A stretch of 64,000 nucleotides of DNA from an uncultured Chloroflexia bacterium. Its GTDB lineage: Bacteria > Chloroflexota > Limnocylindria > QHBO01. How positions within the stretch are numbered: the stretch's first letter is position 1; the number at the start of each line of letters is the position of its first letter. The notes under the pieces were generated by a model that did no database searches, was not told where the DNA came from, and saw nothing but the letters and a program-made list of their open reading frames with translations. Below are positions 56,701-63,886 of the stretch, piece by piece. A program made the translations under genes and the position numbers. The stretch is from positions 771,021 through 835,020 of the forward strand of contig CAWHEV010000010.1 of NCBI GenBank assembly GCA_963828485.1, read 5' to 3'.

Positions 56701-56818
56701 CGGCGGCCTGCTCAGCTCGACGTTCCTGACCCTCATCGTCGTCCCTGCCGCATACCTGCTCATCGAGGCCTGGCGGAAGCGGACGCTGGAACCCGAGTCC
56801 GAAGGGAGCGCGCAATGA
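53714..56818 (+). CDS. RND-superfamily efflux transporter permease (AcrB/HAE-type), no adjacent membrane-fusion protein
   Basis: 1034 aa, 12 TM with two large loops. MTWLTRAAVNRRSVTILIAAGLFLGGLLSWGSLKQELLP..VDDSIVVLENIYRH. ATGA overlap with marR. Confidence 0.85.
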   Translation: MTWLTRAAVNRRSVTILIAAGLFLGGLLSWGSLKQELLPPISFPIATVIAPYPGAAAEEVVEDVVIPIENAVQALEGVDAVNSTSANSIGFVIAQFDYGVDVDEAVADLEQAVAGLTLPDGVDPVVTPFDFNQSPVVIAAISSPTASLTELGAIASDEILPELLAIPGVATAEVTGGLTEQVAITLDPVAVAQYGINPQQLQAALATANITVPAGELTTDEGALPVTVRAQVESVEALNDLVVGADPSSGAPVPVTLGQVAEIEVVEVASSGYGRINGSEALGLTVTKTQTANTVDVSEAVDEVLDDIVEDSTADLEITRVSDQSDFIIESRDGLLREGGLGAIFAVLTIFFFLFSLRSTFVAALSIPLSLLVALITMQVTGITINIMTLGGLAVAVGRVVDDSIVVLENIYRHRAMGDNRRDAAIRGASEVSGAITWSTLTTVAVFLPLGLAGGFVSQFFLPFALTVTFALLASLVVALTLVPVLGYLWVGKPKGDIDASGEPRRSIWVRLYDPTIRWVVSRRWHAAAVIGISFALFVGSLFLVPLIPVQFINSGGENLLRASLAPPPGLSSEAVLERVIEAEEILLADDEVQLVQSTVPPEGDTGFGTLIAATSGQPANSAQMFIRLVPEANLEAATIRLDEALSVLDTDGWDAVIQQTTGPGAGTATSLVVSGPDGDSVEEAALIIVDALEPMDGLSNVTSDLVAEARQVIVLVDPTRAAAVGVTAPQVAGVVGGVLSPTEVGTIAPTDADEPLAMIISFPAETATSVDDLSALPVGPGVTVGDVAEVEEVEARPTIARVDGAPSVTITADITDENTGAVSTAIAAEVARLDDAGELPAGTDVQVGGVSEQLAESFGGLFAAMGIAVILVFLMLVLAFNSLITPFVILFSLPLATIGAFPALLITGRPIGISALIGFLMLIGIVVTNAIVLLDLVERLRSQGVPLRQAIVRGGHTRVRPILMTAIATIFALIPLAAGLNEGSIIAAELGTVVVGGLLSSTFLTLIVVPAAYLLIEAWRKRTLEPESEGSAQ

Positions 56819-57240
56819 CCATCACGACCTTCAGCGCGGATGCCGATCGACCGCGAGACCTCGCGAACGCCTATGAGGCTGGCGTCTGCAACATCGGCCC
56901 GGACGAGATCAACCGGCGACGGATGGCCGGACACGTCGGCGCTGCCCTGACGGTGGCCGGGCTGGCCGTCCTGGTGGCGATCGACGCGCCCCCGGCGGCA
57001 CGCCTGCTGCTGGCCGTCCCGGCAGCCATCTCGGCATCCGGCTACATCCAGGCACGGCTGAGGTTCTGCGCCGCATACGGTCAGCGCGGGGTCTTCAACT
57101 TCGGCGCGCTCGGCGACGCCGTCAAGATCGCCGATACCGAGGCACAGGCCATGGATCGGCGGCGGGCCCGACAGATCAGCCTGGGGAGCTTCGGCATCGG
57201 CGCGCTCGTCGGCGTTGCCGCCTTCCTCCTGCCGGTCTAG
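56815..57240 (+). CDS. hypothetical membrane protein, translationally coupled to RND gene
   Basis: ATGA overlap with the RND stop. TM segments AALTVAGLAVLVAI and SFGIGALVGVAAFLL. Confidence 0.5.
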   Translation: MTITTFSADADRPRDLANAYEAGVCNIGPDEINRRRMAGHVGAALTVAGLAVLVAIDAPPAARLLLAVPAAISASGYIQARLRFCAAYGQRGVFNFGALGDAVKIADTEAQAMDRRRARQISLGSFGIGALVGVAAFLLPV

Positions 57241-57253
57241 CTTCGGGTCGACC

Positions 57254-57628
57254 TCAGGCGGGGACCTCGGCCGGCATCGGGCTCATCAGCTGGAAGTAGT
57301 TGCCATCCGGATCCGCGAACGTCGCGATCAGGTCGCCCTCGGACGCCTCGTCCATGCCATAGGGCTCGGCGACGACGGTCGCCCCGGCGGCCTTGAAGCG
57401 GGTGTACTCGCCACGGACGTCGGAAGTCTCGATGTTCCAGATGATGCGGCCGGGCTGGGCAGTCTTTCCACTCACCTCGGAGTGCGCCCCGACCGTGACG
57501 TAGCCGCTGCCGATCTGCCAGACGGTGTACCCGCCCTCCGACATTGCGGGCTCGCCGAAGAGCCGGGTGTAGTACTCGACGAGCCGTGCTGGATCGTCGG
57601 ATCCAATCAGGATCCCGTTCAGGTTCAC
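57254..57628 (-). CDS. VOC (glyoxalase) family protein
   Basis: MNLNGILIGSDDPARLVEYYTRLFG..DPDGNYFQLMS. Confidence 0.8.
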   Translation of the reverse strand: MNLNGILIGSDDPARLVEYYTRLFGEPAMSEGGYTVWQIGSGYVTVGAHSEVSGKTAQPGRIIWNIETSDVRGEYTRFKAAGATVVAEPYGMDEASEGDLIATFADPDGNYFQLMSPMPAEVPA

Positions 57629-57756
57629 GTTGGTGTCTCCTCGCTGGATGCGGTAGATCGTCGGTGTATTGGACCTCCGGGGCCAGCCGATCTCATCGGC
57701 GACCGGTCATCCATTACCTGCAAGGCGCAGACGGTGCCGGCCGCGGGCGCCGCACC

Positions 57757-58314
57757 CTAGGCGGCGGCCGGCGCCGAGCGGGCCGAGAAGCCGAGCACGA
57801 TCCACATGATCCCGGCAAAGAGCAGCTGCAGCCCGACAAAGAGTCCGATGACGATGCCCGAGACCGGGATGCCGGTCCAGAGCCATGCCCCGAGCAGGAT
57901 GTTCAGCACGCCGAGCAGGAGCACCCAGACCCAGCCTTCGCCGCGGTCCATGATCGCCGACACGATCCGGATGATGCCGTCGATGATCAGCATCAGGGCC
58001 ACGACAACCGTGAGCGTGATGGCGCCCGCGATCGGGTCGTACACGATCTCGATGCCGACGACGATGTAGAGAATCCCGAGCAGGCCCTGGAGCAGGCGCC
58101 AGCCGAGGCTCGCTCCGCCGGCGAAGATGCTCACCAGGTGCATGACACCGGCGAACACCAGCAGCCAGCCCACGATGATGGTCGTGACAAGCGTGGCGTC
58201 CAACACGTTCCCCAACGCGATCAACCCGAGAATCACGAGCACCGCGCCGATGCCGATGAGCCATCCAGAGCTCAGCTGGGGTCCGGCACCCTCCTGGTCA
58301 ACGCTCAAGGTCAT
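57757..58314 (-). CDS. HdeD-family (DUF308) acid-resistance membrane protein
   Basis: Six TM. LGILYIVVGIEIVYDPIAGAITLTVVVALMLIIDGIIRIVSAI. Confidence 0.7.
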   Translation of the reverse strand: MTLSVDQEGAGPQLSSGWLIGIGAVLVILGLIALGNVLDATLVTTIIVGWLLVFAGVMHLVSIFAGGASLGWRLLQGLLGILYIVVGIEIVYDPIAGAITLTVVVALMLIIDGIIRIVSAIMDRGEGWVWVLLLGVLNILLGAWLWTGIPVSGIVIGLFVGLQLLFAGIMWIVLGFSARSAPAAA

Positions 58315-58429
58315 TGATCACACCTCGTTCTGCCGCCAATGCTCGGGAGCACAGCTCGACGGCGGCGCCCGTCGAGTATGCACCCCGACGGACCATTTCC
58401 GCCGGTCGAGAGCGGTAGGCTGATCGGCG

Positions 58430-59629
58430 ATGGGCGGATACAGCGCAGAGGTCGCGGCTGAGCGGTCGGGCGCCTCGACCGAGGAGATCGCGCACCTCAC
58501 CGAGCTCGGGATCCTGAACGGCACCGACGGGTATAGCGATGCCGATATCCGGCGCGTGCAGGTCGTCCAGGCCATCGAGCGAGCCGGCCTGGGCGCCGAC
58601 GACATGGCGCGGCTGCTCGAGGGTGGCAACTTCTCGCTCGACTTCATCGATGCCGCGGGCGCGAACGTCTTCGCCGCGCTGAGTGACCGCACGTTTGCGG
58701 AGCTGTCCGCGCAGACGGGCATCCCCGTCGAGCAGCTGACCGTGCTCAGGGACGTGACCGGAGGCAAGACGGCGCGGCCCGATGACCGGGTCCGCGAGGA
58801 CGAGCTCGAGATCATGCCGCTGATTCAGTTCCAGCTCGAGCTCGGCTTCAGCTGGCAGGCCATCGAGCGTGCGCTGCGCGTCTATGGCGACAGCCTGCGG
58901 CGCGCGGCCGAAGGCGAGGCGGAATGGTGGCGCTCCGAGGTCCAGGCGCCGATCCTGGCCAGGGGCGGACCGGCGGGCGAGATCGGGCGCATCGCCGCTG
59001 AGGTCTCGCCGCGCCTGTCGGAGGCTTCCGACCGCGCGGTCATGGCCATTTACCACGCGCAGCAGATGCACGTGTGGTCGGTGAACATCGTGAACGGCAT
59101 CTCCATCGCGCTGGAGCAGGCGGGCCTGCACGAGCACGCCGTGGTGGAACCGGCCATCTGCTTCCTGGACCTCACCGGCTACACGCAGCTGACGCAGCAG
59201 CAGGGCGATGCGGCCGCCGTGGAGCTGGTCGCGCGACTCAGCCGGATCGTGCAGCCGATCTCTGTCGAGCACGGCGGACGCCCGATCAAATGGCTGGGCG
59301 ATGGAGTCATGTTCCATTTCCCCGATCCCGGACCTGGCGTCGTGGCCGCGCTGGCGATGATCGAGGCCCTGGCGGCCGCCGGCCTCCCGGCCGCGCACGT
59401 CGGCCTGGATGCCGGCCCGATCGTCATCCAGGAGGGCGACTTCTACGGCCAGACCGTGAACCTCGCGGCGCGCATCGGCGAGTACGCGCGCCCCGGGGAG
59501 GTCCTGGTGAGCCGGGCCGTTCTCGAGGTTGCGCGGGGAACGGCACTCACCTTCGAACCGATCGGTTCGGTGGGGCTGAAGGGCGTCTCGGGGCTCGTCG
59601 ACCTCTACGTCGCCAGACGCTCGACCTGA
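58430..59629 (+). CDS. MerR-like HTH domain fused to class III adenylate/guanylate cyclase catalytic domain
   Basis: N-terminus YSAEVAAERSGASTEEIAHLTELGIL plus a second HTH-like TFAELSAQTGIPVEQLTVL. C-terminal cyclase motifs FLDLTGYTQL, KWLGDGVMFHF, GQTVNLAARI. Confidence 0.75.
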   Translation: MGGYSAEVAAERSGASTEEIAHLTELGILNGTDGYSDADIRRVQVVQAIERAGLGADDMARLLEGGNFSLDFIDAAGANVFAALSDRTFAELSAQTGIPVEQLTVLRDVTGGKTARPDDRVREDELEIMPLIQFQLELGFSWQAIERALRVYGDSLRRAAEGEAEWWRSEVQAPILARGGPAGEIGRIAAEVSPRLSEASDRAVMAIYHAQQMHVWSVNIVNGISIALEQAGLHEHAVVEPAICFLDLTGYTQLTQQQGDAAAVELVARLSRIVQPISVEHGGRPIKWLGDGVMFHFPDPGPGVVAALAMIEALAAAGLPAAHVGLDAGPIVIQEGDFYGQTVNLAARIGEYARPGEVLVSRAVLEVARGTALTFEPIGSVGLKGVSGLVDLYVARRST

Positions 59630-59651
59630 CCGACTCGATGCCTCGGCGCTC

Positions 59652-59813
59652 TCAATCGAGCACGACCCGCGTCGGGTCGCGGGAGATGTCGGTCCACGAG
59701 ATCACCTTTCTGGTGCGGACGGCCATCGCCCCGTTGCGGACGTAGAACTCGGGCTTCATGCCGTACTCGGGGTACTTGCAGTTCGAGGCATCCGCCAGGC
59801 GCTCCGCGATCAA
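59652..59813 (-). CDS. candidate small ORF (53 aa from TTG, or 35 aa from ATG 59759) downstream of LLM oxidoreductase
   Basis: MIAERLADASNCKYPEYGMKPEFYVRNGAMAVRTRKVISWTDISRDPTRVVLD. Nearly every codon ends in G/C (about 92 % GC3), typical of real genes here. Below the 60-aa track cut-off. No domain recognised. Confidence 0.3.
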   Translation of the reverse strand: MIAERLADASNCKYPEYGMKPEFYVRNGAMAVRTRKVISWTDISRDPTRVVLD

Positions 59814-59845
59814 CGTGCGGTTCCGTCATTCCGCCGACGGCCGGC

Positions 59846-60841
59846 TCAATCCGCCACGCCGGCGGGCTCGCGGCTGATCTCCCGGCCGAGCGCCGGCTCC
59901 AGCTCGCGGCGCCAGAACTCGATGAAGCCCGCCTGGTCCGGCCCGACCTGGTGGACATAGACGCTCGACGCGCCGGCCTCGGCCATCTCGCGGATGGCGT
60001 CGATGTAGCGAGCCGGGTCCGGCCCAACGGGGATCCGCTCCGCGAGCGCGTCAGGGGTGACGTTCTCCGCCGCCTGTTCGAAGTGCGTCGGCAGGGGCAG
60101 CTCCTGCGAGAGATCGCCGGGAACGCCCGCGTTCGGCCATACCCGATGCAGCGTTTCCTTCGCATCCGCCTCGTTCGATGCCCAGCAGACGGTGACCTGT
60201 CCATAGACCGGCTTCCGTTTGCCGCCGGCCGAGCGGAAGGCCTCGACAACCTCGGCCTGCGGCGCCACGACGATGAGCCCGTCACCGTGCTCGCCGGCGA
60301 CGGTCCCCGACTCCGGCCCGGACGCGGCCACGATGATCGGCGGCGGCTCGTCGGGCAGCGTGTAGATGCGGGCGTTCTCGACCACGTAATGGTCACCCCG
60401 GTGGCTGTACAGCTCCCCTTCCCACAGCCCACGCATGACCTCCATCGACTCGATCAGCATCTCGCGGCGGTCCGCGTACGGCGGCCAGTGGTCTCCGAGG
60501 ATGTGCTCGTTGAGGTTCTCCCCGGTCCCGACGCCCAGGAAGAAGCGCCCGTCGAACAGGTCGGCGGTGGTCGCCGCGGCCTGCGCGATGATCGCTGGAT
60601 GCGTGCGGATCATCGGGCACGTGACGCCCGTGCCGACCTCCAGCGTGCTGGTCTCCTGCGCGATGCCACCGAGCACCGTCCACACGAACGGCGAGTATCC
60701 CTGCGCATCAACCCATGGATGGTAGTGATCGCTGATGAGGGCGAACTCGAACCCGGCCTCCTCGGCGGCGGCGGCGTTCCGGATGAGGTCAGCCGTGGGG
60801 TGCTCTTCGCTGCTCAACGCGTACCCGAAACGAACGCTCAT
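59846..60841 (-). CDS. LLM-class F420-dependent oxidoreductase
   Basis: MSVRFGYALSSEEHPTADLIRNAAAAEEAGFEFALISDHYHPW..FFLGVGTGENLNEHILG is a luciferase-like monooxygenase fold of the G6PD/F420 subfamily. Confidence 0.8.
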   Translation of the reverse strand: MSVRFGYALSSEEHPTADLIRNAAAAEEAGFEFALISDHYHPWVDAQGYSPFVWTVLGGIAQETSTLEVGTGVTCPMIRTHPAIIAQAAATTADLFDGRFFLGVGTGENLNEHILGDHWPPYADRREMLIESMEVMRGLWEGELYSHRGDHYVVENARIYTLPDEPPPIIVAASGPESGTVAGEHGDGLIVVAPQAEVVEAFRSAGGKRKPVYGQVTVCWASNEADAKETLHRVWPNAGVPGDLSQELPLPTHFEQAAENVTPDALAERIPVGPDPARYIDAIREMAEAGASSVYVHQVGPDQAGFIEFWRRELEPALGREISREPAGVAD

Positions 60842-60993
60842 GCCTGACCTTTCCTCCTCTCGCCGATGGCCATCGTCGCTCTCCCGATGCGGGTATCGTC
60901 AGGCTCGATTGCACGCGACGTGCCGCGCGCCCGTGGGCTTCGCGGTCCGGAACGTGCACTCGCGCCGTCGCCACGTTGCTGGAGACCTGATCC

Positions 60994-61596
60994 ATGCCCG
61001 ATCGCCGCCTCATCGCCGCCGCGCTCCTCACCTGGAGCGTCATCGGGCTCGTGCTGATCGGTGCCGGGCTGACGGTCGGACTCGACGCGGCCGGACGCAT
61101 GGAGACGCTGATCAGCTCGAGCGACGAGGCGCTTGCAGCCGCCGCGTCGTCAACCGAGCGGGCGGCCGATGCGCTCGACGGCGTCGGGGTCGGCATCGAC
61201 CAGGCGGTCGCTTCCTCGCAGCGAGCTGCCGCACTCGCCGACAATGCCAGCGCCACGCTCGATTCGATGGCGTCATCGATGACGCTCAGCATCCTTGGCG
61301 CACAGCCCTTCCTCGCGCTGGCGGACGACTTCTCGCAGAGCGCCGACGATGCGGCTGCCCTCGCCGACGAGCTCGAGGCGCTTGCCGGATCGCTCGAGAC
61401 GACGGCGACCGATACCGACCTCCTCGCCGCGGAGCTGACTGGCCTCGCCGACGCCCTGGCCGGCTCCACCCGGGAGCGCGAGGAGGCACCCCCGCTCAGG
61501 CTGGCCCTGATCGTGATCCTCGCCTGGATGGCGATTCCGACCCTCGGCGCGCTCGTCGCAGGCGTGGCGATCCTCCGAGCCGACCCAAGCGCCTAG
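60994..61596 (+). CDS. hypothetical membrane protein (2 TM flanking Ala-rich coiled region)
   Basis: LLTWSVIGLVLIGAGLTV ... LALIVILAWMAIPTLGALVAGVAIL. Confidence 0.5.
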   Translation: MPDRRLIAAALLTWSVIGLVLIGAGLTVGLDAAGRMETLISSSDEALAAAASSTERAADALDGVGVGIDQAVASSQRAAALADNASATLDSMASSMTLSILGAQPFLALADDFSQSADDAAALADELEALAGSLETTATDTDLLAAELTGLADALAGSTREREEAPPLRLALIVILAWMAIPTLGALVAGVAILRADPSA

Positions 61597-62786
61597 GCGG
61601 CGCTGCGCAGCGTCCTCCGCATCAGGATGACGGCGACGCCGAAGAGCCCGATCGCCATCGCGGCCAGGACCGGAACCACCCAGGTGCTCTGCAGCTCGCC
61701 CCTGAGCATCGACTCCTGGAGGCCGGCGATGCCATGGGTCACCGGCAGCAGGTACGCGATCGGCTCGATCCAGGACGCGAAGTCGGTAACCGGCAGGACC
61801 AGACCGGAGAGGAATACCGACGCCAGCAGGAGCAGCATCGCCAGCTGGACGGCCTGCCGCTCGGAGTCGGCTATGAGCGAGATGACGATTCCGGTCCCGA
61901 GCGCCGCGAGGGTCAGCAGCCCGGCGACGGTAGCCGGGATCAGCCAACCGCCGATCATCGGGACGCCGAGGACGCCCACGAGCAAGGCGGTGACCGCGAC
62001 CCCGACGAGGATCGAGAGCAGCGCGTAGGCAAGGTACTTCCCGATCAGGATCTCGCTGGCCCTGACCGGAGCAACGCGGTAGCGATCGATCTGCCCGCCG
62101 CGGCGCTCGCGCACGAGCGACAGCGCGGTCAGGCTCACCCCGAGGTGCTGGATCACCAGGGCGAGCACCGCCGGGCCGTAGAAGTTGACGACGGATGCGT
62201 CGGTCGGCGCCACGTTCTCGGTCTCCGCCGTGCTGGGACGGGCGATGACCTCGGCAGGGATGGTGTTCACGTCGGCGTCGAGCTCGTCCTCGGCCTCGGC
62301 GATGCCACGAATCGCGGCGCGCTCGATGATCTCGGCGTTCACGTTCCCGACGAGGATGGCGGTGAGGGCGTACGTGAAGCCGTCGGCCAGCGGGTCGATC
62401 TCGTTCCAGGCAACGCGGATCACCGTCTGCTGCCCCGACCGAAGGAGCGCCTCGGCGTCGGCCGGTGCCACGATGAGCAGGTCGATCTGGCCGTCGGCGA
62501 GGCGTTGCTCCGCCGCCTCCGCATCCCCGCCGATCCGCACGACGCTGATGCGATCCTGGACCAGGTCGGCGTAGTACTCCGGATCTCGCGGCAGGTCGAC
62601 GTCGTCGGGGATGACGATCTCCGTCGTGATCGGGTCGCGGAAGCCGGTCGTGCCCATGCCGAACAGGAACATGATGAGGAACGGGCCCACGACGACACTG
62701 AGCAGGACGCCCGGCCGGCGCCCCACCTCACGCAGCTCCTTGCCGAAGAAGGCCGCGATTCGCGTGATCCCGCCGAACAGGCTCAT
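61593..62786 (-). CDS. ABC-2 family transporter permease (YhgE/Pip-like, large extracytoplasmic loop)
   Basis: N-terminal TM, roughly 170-aa loop, then 5 C-terminal TM. ATGA overlap with the upstream ATPase. Confidence 0.8.
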   Translation of the reverse strand: MSLFGGITRIAAFFGKELREVGRRPGVLLSVVVGPFLIMFLFGMGTTGFRDPITTEIVIPDDVDLPRDPEYYADLVQDRISVVRIGGDAEAAEQRLADGQIDLLIVAPADAEALLRSGQQTVIRVAWNEIDPLADGFTYALTAILVGNVNAEIIERAAIRGIAEAEDELDADVNTIPAEVIARPSTAETENVAPTDASVVNFYGPAVLALVIQHLGVSLTALSLVRERRGGQIDRYRVAPVRASEILIGKYLAYALLSILVGVAVTALLVGVLGVPMIGGWLIPATVAGLLTLAALGTGIVISLIADSERQAVQLAMLLLLASVFLSGLVLPVTDFASWIEPIAYLLPVTHGIAGLQESMLRGELQSTWVVPVLAAMAIGLFGVAVILMRRTLRSAA

Positions 62787-63742
62787 GCCGCTTCCGCGCT
62801 CGCCTGTCCGCGTTCACTGCGACGCCGCTCGACGAGAACCTCGAACGTCTCGTCGAACGAGGGACGGTACTCGACCAGGCCCACAACCTCGACGCCCTTG
62901 GCCTTGATGCCATCGATGATGCGCGGCGTGGCCGTCGCGGCATCCTCGACGACGATGAGCAGCCGGCGGGGCGCCGCTTGACGAACCTCGAGCACGCCGG
63001 CGACGCCAGCGAGCGCATCCGGTTCGAGCGCGTGACGCGCCTCGAGCTCGAGCAGCTCGCCTCCGAATGCCAGTCGCCGCAGGTTGGCCGGCTGGTCGAG
63101 GGCCACGAGCTCTCCGTCGGTGATGAGCGCGACCGCATCGCACTCCTCGGCCTCGGCCACGTGCTGCGTCGTCACCAGCAGCGTGCAGCCGTCCCCGCGC
63201 AGGCGACGCAGCTCATCCCAGATCGCCTGGCGGAGGATCGGGTCGATCCCGGCCGTTGGTTCGTCGATGAAGAGCACGCGCGGGTCGTGGACGAGGGCGC
63301 ACGCCAGCTCGAGCCGGCGCTGCATCCCGCCGGACAGGTCTCGCGCGAGACGGCGACGCGCCGGCCACAGGTCGACGACCTCCAGGGCTCGCCGCACGGC
63401 CCGACCCCTGTGGATGAAGCCGACCCCGAAGAGCGCTGCCACGAATCCGACGTTCTCGGCCGCGGAGAGATCGGGCGAGACGCTCGTCAGCTGGGGCATG
63501 TAGGCCAGCCGGCGGCGGACGCCTCGGCTGAACTTCGCCGGATCCTCGCCCAGCACGCTGAGGGTTCCCGAGTCGCGGGCCAACGTCCCAGCCAGCATGC
63601 GGACGGTGGTCGTCTTGCCCGACCCGCTAGGCCCGATCAGGCCGAGGATCGTTCCCTCGGCGACGTCGAACGTCAGGGAGTGGACGGCGACGTGATCGTC
63701 GAATGACCGGGACACCTGGCCGGCGCTGATCACCGGCGTCAC
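62783..63742 (-). CDS. ABC transporter ATP-binding protein
   Basis: Walker A LIGPSGSGKTT, signature LSGGMQRRL, Walker B LFIDEPTAGID. The track start at 63862 is rejected because codons there are CTT, GTA, TTA, AAA. GTG 63742 (or 63733) leaves about 43 aa before Walker A. Confidence 0.8.
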   Translation of the reverse strand: MTPVISAGQVSRSFDDHVAVHSLTFDVAEGTILGLIGPSGSGKTTTVRMLAGTLARDSGTLSVLGEDPAKFSRGVRRRLAYMPQLTSVSPDLSAAENVGFVAALFGVGFIHRGRAVRRALEVVDLWPARRRLARDLSGGMQRRLELACALVHDPRVLFIDEPTAGIDPILRQAIWDELRRLRGDGCTLLVTTQHVAEAEECDAVALITDGELVALDQPANLRRLAFGGELLELEARHALEPDALAGVAGVLEVRQAAPRRLLIVVEDAATATPRIIDGIKAKGVEVVGLVEYRPSFDETFEVLVERRRSERGQASAEAA

Positions 63743-63832
63743 CGGAGGGCTACTCGAGTTCGATGGTGTGGCTGCGTTCACGGGGCCGCCGATTGCACCT
63801 GCCGTGCCACCACCCCGCCGTGGCTCCTTGCG

Positions 63833-63872
63833 TTTCGGTAAGCATCGGTTTACGGTAAGCATTCATTTACCG
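63833..63872. promoter_or_regulatory. repeated CGGTAAGCAT / TTACCG motifs upstream of ABC operon and divergent SRPBCC gene (candidate operator cluster)
   Basis: TTTCGGTAAGCATcggTTTACGGTAAGCATtcatTTACCG. Two 13/14-bp direct repeats 16 bp apart, plus the inverted half-site CGGTAA-n8-TTACCG. Confidence 0.4.
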
Positions 63873-63886
63873 AATGGGAACCGCCC

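Noticed and set aside
55097-56815. 572-aa minus-strand ORF inside the RND gene
   Set aside because: Antisense to the AcrB-like transporter. Charged low-complexity translation.
60735-62981. 748-aa plus-strand ORF across the LLM / membrane / ABC region
   Set aside because: Overlaps three supported genes on both strands. Arg/Asp-rich composition. It reflects high-GC stop-codon paucity only.
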